Assembly (NCBI GenBank): GCA_029266035.1
Contig: JAJUFH010000009.1
Coordinates: 20,777 to 84,776 of the forward strand
Direction: 5' to 3'
Length of the DNA: 64,000 bases
Source of the DNA: Sinomicrobium sp.
Lineage (GTDB): Bacteria > Bacteroidota > Bacteroidia > Flavobacteriales > Flavobacteriaceae
How positions within the stretch are numbered: the stretch's first letter is position 1; every line of letters starts with the position of its first letter. Positions 26,815-36,756 of this stretch are shown here, one piece after another. A program made the position numbers and the translations under genes. The notes under the pieces were generated by a model. The model worked only from the letters and a program-made list of their open reading frames with translations, made no database searches and had not been told where the DNA came from.

Positions 26815-29127
26815 TCAATTTTTTTTAAGATCGGTATAGAGTAGACTTTGTTGTGGTGCTACTGTTGTGGTAAATTCTTCATCTGCTATTGTTTTACCTT
26901 GTTTACTTATTCGTATGCTTCCACCTACAGTACCGGTTTCTGTAAACATTATTTCGTAGTCTTTACCACGGTAATTAAACGATACCCCTTTCCGGTTTTT
27001 CGCAGTGATGGATTTAGACGAAACCATTTTGTGAAGTGCAGTATCCCCTACCTGAATCAGGTGTAAAAAACTGTCGTGTAACCTAGCTTTTCCAGGACTT
27101 ATCTCCATACGCCACTGTCCGAGTAAAGGTTTGTTTTCCCACGATTTCTGTTTGCTATTTTTAGGATAACTCCAGTCTTCTGGGGTGAGTACCGGAAGTG
27201 GCCAATTCTGTCCATCCGACCAGAATTGTTTGCCTGGACCACCGATCTTAGTCAACTGCGCATCGGCTGGAAATATAGTTCGACAAAACAGTTTTCCGCC
27301 ATCTCCCCCTTCAGAAAATTCCTTGCCGGACTGGTCTATAACCGGCTCAGATGCGGTGTGTAAAAGCCAAGTTTTCGGATAGTCGGCCACCTTGGCTCCA
27401 ACTCGATCGAAGACCACAAACACATCCGGCTTGATAAAGACAAACTGCCGAATCACTTCTGAGGCCTTTTTTTGGTGATAAGCAACCGTAGCGTCGGATG
27501 CTGTGTAGACATAATTTTTGTCGTAACTGTAACCTATCAATTCAGAGCCCAACTTCACTCTTTGTCCACCGTCGTTCGGAATAGGCTTAGGAGTTTCCGT
27601 CGACGCTGGTCCGCCCCAGTATTTGGGAAAACGCTCACCGGGCATTCTGATAAGCACACAGTTATGAGCCACACTGCGGCAATAGTAATGTGTGAGGTGT
27701 TGCCCGGGTTCCGGTCTCGTACCCGAATCTACAGTTCTGTATCCGTTTTTGTAAATCACAAAATTATTGTTGTCGTAATGTCGGTGATTATCCATAACCC
27801 CGCCAGCGGCAAACATCACATAGGTATCGTCTTCTTCAGATCCGGAGCGCATAAATACCTGTCCCATATTTTCAAAATTCATAGCCAAAGGCAATTCGGG
27901 AAGGTGATATTCCTTTCCTCTTGCTGCAAGGCCATCGTTGTAATTGGGCAAGAGATAACGCGTAAACGGAATGATGTCAAAATTTTGCGGTCTTACTTGT
28001 GTAGCTATCCAGTTGATATAGGGCATCATCTCTGGATGATCCTCCTTGTAAAAGTATTCCAACTGACGCGAGTGCATATACATATCCCTCAAAGGGAGTT
28101 TGTTGCTCACGTGGTCTACATCGCCATAACCGAAATGGCGTTTTCCAGGCAACCAATTCCATACCAAGTAATAGAGAAAGTCAATAGGATAGGTAAATTG
28201 TTTAGAAAGATCTATACCCGTGGCCGATTGCACTGTGTGAAAAAAATTAAATTCTGCCCAGGGATAGGCTTTAATGGCGTATTCCATAACTGCAGATGAA
28301 GCTCCTCCATCATCCCCAGCCAAAGCCTTTCGATACTCCAGTAATTTCCAATAATCTTCAAAGCCCTTTTTGAGCAACTCTTCGGCTAGCCTGTCGTCTA
28401 TGCCTGCTTTGTAAAATACCAATCCCGCATACCAGGCTAAAGACGGAGGTCCGTAATACCCTCCCTTATAATCTCCCCAATTGTCGCGAATAAAGGGTTT
28501 TCTGCTCCCATCGGGTACCATAACCCGTATTGCTTTGAGCAGAGGCAGACCTATTTCAATTCGCTCTTTCTTTGACAGCTCATCAAATATCCAGTCGTAA
28601 GCCGACAAAGCGCTAATTCTGGAATTGGCGCGCCAGTGTACATTGAGTTTTTGTTCATTTCTAAAAGTGTAATACCCCGCTAATGCTCGCAGTACCCTCT
28701 TAGTGTAATCGAGGTATTTTTGCTCACCGGTAATTAGGTATAGCAAAGCTCCATCGGAAGCGGCATAGCCATATTCGTGATCCTTGCTTTGTGAGCCGTC
28801 GGTTATGGTCGAATCTTTAAATAGTACCGGTAACTTTAACAGTGTATCGATCCGCTTTTTTGTTCGCTGAAAATGCCGGTGGTATTTGTGCCGTGCTCTC
28901 GACCTTATATCGTTTAGCATATCCTTGTTGATATATACCCTCGGATGCTCCTTTCGTATACGACTTACGACATTTTTATAGTTTTCTGGAATGACTTTCT
29001 CCCATTCCTTTATGTATTTTGCTGCGAAATCTACTGTTTCAGAACCTTTTGCATCCTGAAAACCGTAGCTCGCCAAGACATAGAAAAAAATACAACAATA
29101 GGTGATTATCTTTTTAAAGCATTTCAT
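26815..29127 (-). CDS. heparinase II/III-fold protein (candidate polysaccharide lyase, DUF4962-like N-terminus)
   Basis: The protein is 770 aa with a signal peptide and an alpha/alpha toroid-like N-terminal half. The Hepar_II_III signature GGVMDNHRHYDNNNFVIYKNGYRTVDSG is present. Confidence 0.7.
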   Translation of the reverse strand: MKCFKKIITYCCIFFYVLASYGFQDAKGSETVDFAAKYIKEWEKVIPENYKNVVSRIRKEHPRVYINKDMLNDIRSRARHKYHRHFQRTKKRIDTLLKLPVLFKDSTITDGSQSKDHEYGYAASDGALLYLITGEQKYLDYTKRVLRALAGYYTFRNEQKLNVHWRANSRISALSAYDWIFDELSKKERIEIGLPLLKAIRVMVPDGSRKPFIRDNWGDYKGGYYGPPSLAWYAGLVFYKAGIDDRLAEELLKKGFEDYWKLLEYRKALAGDDGGASSAVMEYAIKAYPWAEFNFFHTVQSATGIDLSKQFTYPIDFLYYLVWNWLPGKRHFGYGDVDHVSNKLPLRDMYMHSRQLEYFYKEDHPEMMPYINWIATQVRPQNFDIIPFTRYLLPNYNDGLAARGKEYHLPELPLAMNFENMGQVFMRSGSEEDDTYVMFAAGGVMDNHRHYDNNNFVIYKNGYRTVDSGTRPEPGQHLTHYYCRSVAHNCVLIRMPGERFPKYWGGPASTETPKPIPNDGGQRVKLGSELIGYSYDKNYVYTASDATVAYHQKKASEVIRQFVFIKPDVFVVFDRVGAKVADYPKTWLLHTASEPVIDQSGKEFSEGGDGGKLFCRTIFPADAQLTKIGGPGKQFWSDGQNWPLPVLTPEDWSYPKNSKQKSWENKPLLGQWRMEISPGKARLHDSFLHLIQVGDTALHKMVSSKSITAKNRKGVSFNYRGKDYEIMFTETGTVGGSIRISKQGKTIADEEFTTTVAPQQSLLYTDLKKN

Positions 29128-29137
29128 AAAAGTGCTA

Positions 29138-31711
29138 TTAGTTATTTATTTTAAATTCAAAGCCGGTAATTCTAAAATTCCCTGCCTTGCTGGTATTGAA
29201 CAAGGATAAGAAGTCTTCGTAGTTTGTCCCACCTTTTAGCGAAATCCCTAATTCTGAAACATCTACCATTTTTCGTTTGTGTGTTGATGTTATAGTCACT
29301 TCCTTAACCTTTGCATGATCTTTTCCGGTATACACCATCATTTTTCCCGGGAGCTGTCTGTTGACAATAGTACAGGATTCTCCTTCGCCTAAAAACAAAA
29401 AGCCTATTTTGGAAAGCTGAAAACTTACAGAAGTATCAATATCACTGAGGTCCAGCCCCAACATATAACCTTCATTTTTTTCTATACCATTGCCTTCCCC
29501 TCCCCTGACTCCCAACAAGCCACTGGCCGATCGATCGATACCGGCATTAACTATGCCTCCTGAATCAATTCTTTTAGCATTGATTCGGAATTTGAAAGAC
29601 TTGTTGTACACACCTTTGATATCTATCTTTCCATAAGTATTCCAATCGGGAGTTTCTAAGGGGTAGACATCTCCTGAAGGCCCTATTCCTATGGGAGAAG
29701 AATCAGATGAAACCTTGTTGCCCTCAGTAGCTGTACTCGGATTTGGAGCGTCCAGAATAATGGTGTTGCTTTTTAATTTCAGATCTGATTCACCTTCTTT
29801 AAGGGTAACTGTAAATTTCACTTCAGTATTCGCAGGTACAACAGCATCAAACCCAAGCATTATCGTCCCCTTATTTTTCTGGTTGTAATCTCCGTACTTG
29901 TAATTGCCGAACTCACATTGGTACTGACTGGGATTTTCGGAAGGTCGGATGGCCAATTTTACCGGTATATCTGTATCTACCTTAAACAGCATGGTCTTTC
30001 CTTTCTGAGAGAGCTTGATAGTTCTTTTGTCAACAATTTCTACAGCTGCCCTAGTGACCATATTCCAACGGAGATCAACAGCTTTGTCATTAGTCTCTAG
30101 AACATCTTCTATCTTCAGATAATCTCCATCTACAATTACCGCTTTACGGGTTGCAGTCTTTAACTCATTATCAAAGTTAAGCACCGAGGTAAGATCTACT
30201 TTAGCCCCCATTTCAGCTTTCTTTTCAAAGGTTTCTACTATCTCTGCCTTGCCCTCAACATTATGACGTTGATTATTGATAGTCAATGTATTGTGATTCA
30301 GGTTATTGTATCTGAATATATCCCATCGCTGTGCATCCTGATCGAGGTTCCACAGATCTACTCCTTTAGATTCTAGGGTAATATAACTCTGAAGGCCAAA
30401 ATCCATAGCCCATCGCAGATTGCCTGTATCGTACACAAAGGTGCCTTGATCCATATGCGAATGCCCGTCGGAGGCGCTACCGCCCTTGATACCGAGATAT
30501 TTTACATCCGGACCCTCCCAGCCTGTACGAACAAAAGTTACCGGAGTGATCCCGTGACCGGTAAACATATTTTGAGTCGGTGTCTTCACCTCAGACAGTG
30601 TCAACCCTTTTCCGAAGACCAAGGCATTAGGCAATACTCTTTCGATATCTGAGGACACAACCTGGTTGTACACTCCGCTGCGGATCATATCGATTTCTTG
30701 ATACACCAACGACGGATCGTCCAGTTTTTCGGCAAACCAAAACATAGAAGAACGTGCAGTTTGCCTAGGCCCACAGTCGTAATAATTAAAATAATCACCC
30801 GAAGGTCCTCCAGAAAAGAGCATATAGTAGGACGATTCGAGAAAGCCTGGAGCTTTTGAAAGTCCATTATCCGAACCCAAAGCACTCTCTAGGGCTGCAA
30901 TCATCATAACCTGAAAGGTAGTACCATAATTCCAATATCCCGGTCCCTCCGGGTAATTTCCATCTGGAGCATAGGCCTCAAGAGGTAATAAATTGGACTT
31001 TAAGGAACGTTCTATAATGGCAATTGATTCGTCCTTTTCATCTTCCATTATAGCCAAGGCGCCAAAGACCAATCCGGCGTTACACACAGAATTCCAATTG
31101 CTGTTCTTGTCTAAAAACCAGGCATCTTTTTTCACATACGAAGGTTTAAAGGCCTTTTCCACTATAGCCTTCCTCACTTTTTCCTTAGTATTTTGCTGCA
31201 GATCGTAGTACAACCAATCGTAGGCAATAGACACTGCCATACACATCTCCCCGACATCGAGGAAATGCGAAGGGTTCCAGCTTTCAAAATCACAGACCGC
31301 ATTGAGTTCTTCCTCCGCCTTGTTTAGGTACCTGGAATCTCCTGTTATGCGATACGAATACGACAGGTAATACAACCTAGTAAGTGCCTTACGGGAAACT
31401 GCCAGTAGTCTTTTCCCTCTCTTTTTAAAGATTAAGGGGGCTTCAGTGAGCAAATCGTCCGACACTTGCTGTATATAGCTATCAATCGCTTTAAACTCCG
31501 GATTTCTCTTTAGTGATGCTTTTAGCTCTTCCGATCCATCCTTGTTCAGCAATAACCTCGGATGTTCAGCTATATCAGCATAGTTATAAGAAAGCTCTGA
31601 AGTAGCGTTTTGTGCTAAGAGCTCTACACTTACAGCAAGAGCCAACACAGCAAAAACTCCCTTTAAAATCCTCTTATACTTACGGTTAAACACTCCAAAT
31701 AAAGTCTTCAT
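29138..31711 (-). CDS. heparinase II/III-fold protein (candidate polysaccharide lyase) with a ~220 aa uncharacterised C-terminal extension
   Basis: The protein is 857 aa with a signal peptide. The signature SASDGHSHMDQGTFVYDTGNLRWAMDFG (Hepar_II_III) is preceded by an alginate-lyase-like helical region (NWNSVCNAG). Confidence 0.72.
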   Translation of the reverse strand: MKTLFGVFNRKYKRILKGVFAVLALAVSVELLAQNATSELSYNYADIAEHPRLLLNKDGSEELKASLKRNPEFKAIDSYIQQVSDDLLTEAPLIFKKRGKRLLAVSRKALTRLYYLSYSYRITGDSRYLNKAEEELNAVCDFESWNPSHFLDVGEMCMAVSIAYDWLYYDLQQNTKEKVRKAIVEKAFKPSYVKKDAWFLDKNSNWNSVCNAGLVFGALAIMEDEKDESIAIIERSLKSNLLPLEAYAPDGNYPEGPGYWNYGTTFQVMMIAALESALGSDNGLSKAPGFLESSYYMLFSGGPSGDYFNYYDCGPRQTARSSMFWFAEKLDDPSLVYQEIDMIRSGVYNQVVSSDIERVLPNALVFGKGLTLSEVKTPTQNMFTGHGITPVTFVRTGWEGPDVKYLGIKGGSASDGHSHMDQGTFVYDTGNLRWAMDFGLQSYITLESKGVDLWNLDQDAQRWDIFRYNNLNHNTLTINNQRHNVEGKAEIVETFEKKAEMGAKVDLTSVLNFDNELKTATRKAVIVDGDYLKIEDVLETNDKAVDLRWNMVTRAAVEIVDKRTIKLSQKGKTMLFKVDTDIPVKLAIRPSENPSQYQCEFGNYKYGDYNQKNKGTIMLGFDAVVPANTEVKFTVTLKEGESDLKLKSNTIILDAPNPSTATEGNKVSSDSSPIGIGPSGDVYPLETPDWNTYGKIDIKGVYNKSFKFRINAKRIDSGGIVNAGIDRSASGLLGVRGGEGNGIEKNEGYMLGLDLSDIDTSVSFQLSKIGFLFLGEGESCTIVNRQLPGKMMVYTGKDHAKVKEVTITSTHKRKMVDVSELGISLKGGTNYEDFLSLFNTSKAGNFRITGFEFKINN

Positions 31712-31735
31712 TTATCCAATTTTTTGAGCTATACA

Positions 31736-33457
31736 CTACCAACCATCTCTTTGATCAAGTTGCTGATTTATAAGTGTTTCCTGTAACGGATAAGGCAAAA
31801 GAAGGTGTTTAGTTCTATCAAAATTTTCTCCTGCAGACAAATAGGTTTGATGATACAAATCACTTGCACTATACGCTTCATTGTTTTTAATAGCTGCATC
31901 GGTTTCCTGTAATTTTTCTTCTAACATATGCCACCGTATCAAATCCTGTTTTCTCAATCCTTCGAAACACAATTCCCTCAACCTTTCGTCTACTATTTCT
32001 TTAAAAAAATCATCGTGATTAAGGCTTCCTGTATAAGGTTCTAAACCAGCTCTTTCCCTTACGATATTAAGGCTGTTGACCGCTGCATCATTAGCTGGAT
32101 TGGTTCCATATCTTCCTCCTATAATTGCTTCTGCATGCATCAATAATACATCTGAATACCTCAAAATTGGGAAATTGATACTAGTAAAATTAGGGTCCTT
32201 ATCCGAACCTGGCGTTGAATTGAGGATGGTATAAGGGGCATCAACCATAGATCCGGCCGCTTTCAAAGCTTCCATATCTGCCGGTTCCCATCTTCTAAAT
32301 TTGCCTATAGCGTATTTCTGATTTAAGGGCTTATCGAGATAATAGCGCATCGTATATCTTTGCGTAGAATTGGAATATTGGTTGCGATATCCGGCCAAAC
32401 TCCACTCTCTCCTCGCATCTTCGCCAGAATACGCATTGTAAAGCGGTAGTGCAGCACTTACATTAGCAAAACCACGAGGAATATCGGCAGTCCCAGTAAA
32501 TGACACCCCATTAATATTCCCCAATCTCCCGTCAACACGCAACCCCATTTGCTGAAAGTTACCAAAGGAAATCTCGAAGAGAGATTCCTTGAGGTCGTAC
32601 CTATCTTGTAAATAAGTCAGAAAATGATTTCTATAACTCTCAGGATCTACACTGTAAGGTACAATACTATGCCAACCGTCATTGATAATAATCTCACACT
32701 GCTGCTTTGCCTTTTCAAAGTACTGTTGCCTATTCTCGAAGTAACAATCTGCATCGTTGGCTGCCAAATAAGGCTGAAAGCCTCCCATCTTTAAATAGAG
32801 TCGAGCAAGAAGCCCATGTGCCGCCATTTTATTGGGTTCACCGGGAACATAGTCTGGACTTTTGGAATGTAGCAAATGTTCAGCCGCAAACAAATAGTCT
32901 TTTTCTGCCTGGCTGTACACATCAAATACAGGAGACGGAGGTACGTGATTGTCTTCTTGTGAAGAACTTGGAGTAAGTCTCAAAGGTACCGGTCCGAACC
33001 AATTTGCAAGGGTAAAATATGAAAAGGCTCTCATAAAACGTGCCCTTGCAAGAAGATTGTTGTACTCTTCTTGTTCAAACATATTCGGATCCAAGTTGGT
33101 TTCAAACTGATTAACAAACTGAATTACTGTGTAAAACCTCAGCCATACATTACCAATTTTATCATTTGAAGGAGTATGTAAATACAAGGCAGGATCCCAC
33201 GAGGTGTTATTAGGTGTATTTGTATAAGTCTCATCTGTTCCGGCTTCTATGACCACATTGAAATTCCAGCCGTATACATCGTCGTTAGCAATGGTTCCGT
33301 ATATTCCTGCCAGAGCTAGCTCAGCTTCTTCTTTAGAAGAGTAAAAGGACTCAGCTTTCCAAGACGACTTCGGCTCTACTTCCAGAAAATCAGAACAGCC
33401 TGAAAAGACAAAGACCAAAAGGAGTATGGTTGCGAAGTAAATATTCTTTTTATTCAT
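31736..33457 (-). CDS. susD: SusD/RagB family nutrient-binding outer-membrane lipoprotein
   Basis: The typical FSGCSDFLEVEPKS N-terminus is present, with a TPR-like helical core. It lies immediately downstream of SusC. Confidence 0.9.
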   Translation of the reverse strand: MNKKNIYFATILLLVFVFSGCSDFLEVEPKSSWKAESFYSSKEEAELALAGIYGTIANDDVYGWNFNVVIEAGTDETYTNTPNNTSWDPALYLHTPSNDKIGNVWLRFYTVIQFVNQFETNLDPNMFEQEEYNNLLARARFMRAFSYFTLANWFGPVPLRLTPSSSQEDNHVPPSPVFDVYSQAEKDYLFAAEHLLHSKSPDYVPGEPNKMAAHGLLARLYLKMGGFQPYLAANDADCYFENRQQYFEKAKQQCEIIINDGWHSIVPYSVDPESYRNHFLTYLQDRYDLKESLFEISFGNFQQMGLRVDGRLGNINGVSFTGTADIPRGFANVSAALPLYNAYSGEDARREWSLAGYRNQYSNSTQRYTMRYYLDKPLNQKYAIGKFRRWEPADMEALKAAGSMVDAPYTILNSTPGSDKDPNFTSINFPILRYSDVLLMHAEAIIGGRYGTNPANDAAVNSLNIVRERAGLEPYTGSLNHDDFFKEIVDERLRELCFEGLRKQDLIRWHMLEEKLQETDAAIKNNEAYSASDLYHQTYLSAGENFDRTKHLLLPYPLQETLINQQLDQRDGW

Positions 33458-33476
33458 GTCAGTATCTTTATGTTTT

Positions 33477-36400
33477 TTAAAATGTAAGCTCTATTCCTCC
33501 AGATATCGTTATACTTTGCGGATAGGCGGAATAATCCAATCTCGGAGTCAAGGCTCCATACCTTCCCACCGATACATCGGGGTCATAACCCTCGTAATTC
33601 GTCCAGGTATATATATTTTGTGCAGAGACAGACAACCTACATCTCTTTATCTTGATCTTTTCAAGTAGTTCTTGCGGCAAGTTGTACCCTAACACAATGG
33701 TTTTGAGTTTCAAATAAGAGCCATCGTCAATATGCCTGCTATCCAATTTATAACCAAAAGGAGCTGTTAAATTCCTTCCGTCAAATCTCATTCCTCCTAT
33801 ATCTGTATCAGTATTGGTAGGAGTCCAGATATCGTTTAGAGAAGTCAATCCATTTCTTGTTATCTTATAGATACTTCCGAATTCGGATTTATTTCCGTTT
33901 AAAATATCGAAGTCATAGGCCCACTGTAGGAGAAATTGAAAATCAAAAGATCCAATTTTAAAACTGTTGGACAATCCTCCGATATGTTTGGGTTGCGGAT
34001 TTCCTATTATAGTTCGGTCATCTTCATTGATCACTCCGTCTCCATTGAGATCTTTAAACTTTACCATCCCTGGACGCATTATAGTCCGATAAGTTGGCTG
34101 TCCTTCCTTTAATTGATAGTCACCTCCTACTATTTCAAAGTCTTCCATCTGATACAGTCCATCAAACTGAAGCCCGTACATCATCCCAACGGGATGACCT
34201 ACACGGGTAGTATACTGGTATTCTGCTTGCATAAATTGGGCATCCCATTGAGGGTCGATAAGTATTTCATCCTGCCCACTGTTTAATTTTATTGTTTTAG
34301 TCCTATTAAAAGCAATATTAAAATCTGTACTCCAGCGGAATCGTTCTTTTCGAATATTGTCAAAGTTCAACGAAAATTCCACCCCTTCATTAGAGACCTC
34401 ACCAACATTTTGTTGCACCGTGTTAAACCCTGTACTCAAAGCCATTTCGGCATTTAGCAACAAATCCTTTGTTCTCTTGTTGTAGTAATCAACCGTCAGA
34501 CTAAAACGCTTTAAAAATTCTAAATCCAATCCGATATTCGTTTGGTCGGTTCTCTCCCAACGCAGATCAGGCACCGCCATATTGCTTTGGAAAGCTCCGG
34601 GTACAAACTCCTGGTTAGGACCTAATACGTATCCACTGGAAGAGTTGACAGCAAACATATTAAACGCATCAAAACTACCGATACGATTATTCCCGGTAGA
34701 CCCCCACCCAGCTCTGATCTTAAGATCGGATATAGCATCTAATTTCTTCATGAACTCTTCTTGAGATATTCTCCATGCCACTGAAAAGGAAGGAAAGTAG
34801 CCCCATCTGTTTTCTTTTCGAAATTTTGAAGAACCGTCCGCTCTAAAATTAACTGTTGCGAGATATCGGTTTTTATAAGAATAGTTAAGTCGTCCAAAAT
34901 AAGACAACAAGGCATTACTCGAATAGGAAGTCCCTGCTATTGTAGCCGTAGTTGCTATTCCTAAGTTATCTATACCAAATTGATCTGTGGGGATATTGGT
35001 ATTCCTCAAATTTGAATTCCGCTGTGTCCATCGTTGAAGTTCAAGTCCGACAAGTGCACCATATCTGTGATCACCTTTCTGATCGTCGAATTTCAAGGTA
35101 TTTGATGTTGAAAAAATATCCCGTCTATAATCATTTATCAAACCATTTATCCCTCTGTTTGTCCGAGTTGCTTCTTGAGTTTCTGCCTTATAAAACAAAG
35201 AATACTGATTAAAAGTAGCTCTGTAATTTCCACTTAGGCTAAGAGTGAATTTATCTAAAAATCTATATCTAAGTCCCAAAGTACCGGAAAGAAAATCATT
35301 CTTTACTTGCCGATCAGTATTATTTAATGTTTTGACAGGATCGAAAAGATAGGGATCTTGATCGTAAATATTTTCTTCGTCTGCGGCACTCCAATTAATA
35401 GGATCAACTGGCCTAAAAGAAACGGCATCTCTAATAACACTATTCCTCAAATTTGCAGACACTTGTAATCCCGTACTCCTTACATTACTGTAATCTATCT
35501 GTCCATTAACTTCAAGGTTTTCCTTTATTTTATGTGTAAACTTCAAGCGGTTATTAATTTTTCGATATCCGGTTGCTATAAGGGTTCCTTCTTGATCTAA
35601 GTAATTACCACTGTAATACAAGGTTGTTTTTTCATTACCTGTACTCAGGGAAAGACTGTGATTGGTAGTATATGCTGTTCTGAAAATCTCATCCTGCCAG
35701 TCGGTTCCTTTTACATTTCTATACAACTCGGGATCGACCCAGTTAGTTTCAAACATACTTACATTAATCCCAGGCACATAACCGTCGTTAGCATAAGCCA
35801 ATTTCTCTCTGAATTTGGCGTATTCATAAGGCCCCATCACGTCCAGTCTGTTGGGGATTACCTGTATACGGGAGAAAGAACTTATATTGACATCAGTTTT
35901 TCCATCAGATCGTCCACCTTTGGTGTTAATTACGATTACACCATTGGCACCACGAGAACCGTAAATAGCCGTTGCAGAAGCGTCTTTTAGGATATCAAAA
36001 CTTTCGATATCTCGAGTATTGATACTGGACGGATCGAAATCTTCAAGGGGAATACCATCTACCACATACAAAGGTGAATTGTCGCCCGTAATCGAGTTTC
36101 CTCCTCTAATAACGATTTGCAAAGGACTTCCCGGTGTCCCGTCATTAGCAGTAACCTGTACCCCAGCTGCCCTACCCGAAAGGGCTTCATCAAAATTGGA
36201 AGTCGGGGCTTGCACTAACTCCTCCGGGGTTATCACAGATACCGAACCGGTAAGGTCTTTTCGACGCACTTCATCATAACCGATAACTACTACCTCATTC
36301 AGCCTTACTTGATCCGGCTCCATCGAGACATTAATCACCGTTTGACTAAACACATTTTTTTCTACTGTCACAAATCCTATATAGGAAAACACCAGTATAT

Positions 36401-36599
36401 CTGATTGTTCTATACGTTCAAGGACATAATTTCCATCAAAATCGGTTGTGGTTCCTCTTTGGGTTCCTTTTACAACCACGTTTACCCCCGGTATTGGAGC
36501 ACCCTCATCGTCTGTAATCGTACCTGTAACAGTCGTTTGTGAGAAAGCGCAAATTACCGGTAAAAACAGTAATACTAATAAAAGTTTGATTGGTTTCAT
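33477..36599 (-). CDS. susC: SusC/RagA family TonB-linked outer-membrane transporter
   Basis: The 1040 aa protein has an N-terminal CarboxypepD_reg domain (VTGTITDDEGAPIPGVNVVVKGT..TDFDGNY). It also has a plug (YVVDGIP, DIESFDILKDASATAIYGSRGANGVI) and a C-terminal barrel ending in F. Confidence 0.93.
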   Translation of the reverse strand: MKPIKLLLVLLFLPVICAFSQTTVTGTITDDEGAPIPGVNVVVKGTQRGTTTDFDGNYVLERIEQSDILVFSYIGFVTVEKNVFSQTVINVSMEPDQVRLNEVVVIGYDEVRRKDLTGSVSVITPEELVQAPTSNFDEALSGRAAGVQVTANDGTPGSPLQIVIRGGNSITGDNSPLYVVDGIPLEDFDPSSINTRDIESFDILKDASATAIYGSRGANGVIVINTKGGRSDGKTDVNISSFSRIQVIPNRLDVMGPYEYAKFREKLAYANDGYVPGINVSMFETNWVDPELYRNVKGTDWQDEIFRTAYTTNHSLSLSTGNEKTTLYYSGNYLDQEGTLIATGYRKINNRLKFTHKIKENLEVNGQIDYSNVRSTGLQVSANLRNSVIRDAVSFRPVDPINWSAADEENIYDQDPYLFDPVKTLNNTDRQVKNDFLSGTLGLRYRFLDKFTLSLSGNYRATFNQYSLFYKAETQEATRTNRGINGLINDYRRDIFSTSNTLKFDDQKGDHRYGALVGLELQRWTQRNSNLRNTNIPTDQFGIDNLGIATTATIAGTSYSSNALLSYFGRLNYSYKNRYLATVNFRADGSSKFRKENRWGYFPSFSVAWRISQEEFMKKLDAISDLKIRAGWGSTGNNRIGSFDAFNMFAVNSSSGYVLGPNQEFVPGAFQSNMAVPDLRWERTDQTNIGLDLEFLKRFSLTVDYYNKRTKDLLLNAEMALSTGFNTVQQNVGEVSNEGVEFSLNFDNIRKERFRWSTDFNIAFNRTKTIKLNSGQDEILIDPQWDAQFMQAEYQYTTRVGHPVGMMYGLQFDGLYQMEDFEIVGGDYQLKEGQPTYRTIMRPGMVKFKDLNGDGVINEDDRTIIGNPQPKHIGGLSNSFKIGSFDFQFLLQWAYDFDILNGNKSEFGSIYKITRNGLTSLNDIWTPTNTDTDIGGMRFDGRNLTAPFGYKLDSRHIDDGSYLKLKTIVLGYNLPQELLEKIKIKRCRLSVSAQNIYTWTNYEGYDPDVSVGRYGALTPRLDYSAYPQSITISGGIELTF

Positions 36600-36660
36600 A
36601 TATTTATTTTTTGCTTTGGAAAACCTGTAGTGTGCCCTATCTTCAAAAGAAGAGACTTAT

Positions 36661-36695
36661 ACTAAGGGTTGTGATTGCGGCACAATACCCTTAGT
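36661..36695 (-). terminator. strong stem-loop between the upstream lipoprotein gene and susC (terminator/attenuator or RNA-processing site)
   Basis: ACTAAGGGTTGTG (36661-36673) pairs with CACAA-TA-CCCTTAGT (36681-36695), giving 13 bp with a 2 nt bulge and a 7 nt loop. On the transcribed (minus) strand it is followed by ...CTCTTCTTTTG. Confidence 0.4.
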
Positions 36696-36756
36696 AACAG
36701 CTCTAAGAGCAGTCTTCAAATAATTTATTGGTTTTATAAATAATTCGGATACAATA

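Noticed and set aside
27472-28299. A 275 aa plus-strand ORF inside the 770 aa heparinase-fold gene. Similar antisense ORFs lie at 16207..16851, 19223..19732, 23778..24398 and 22810..23229.
   Set aside because: All lie wholly within strongly supported genes on the opposite strand and show no recognisable domains or signal sequences. I treat them as shadow ORFs.
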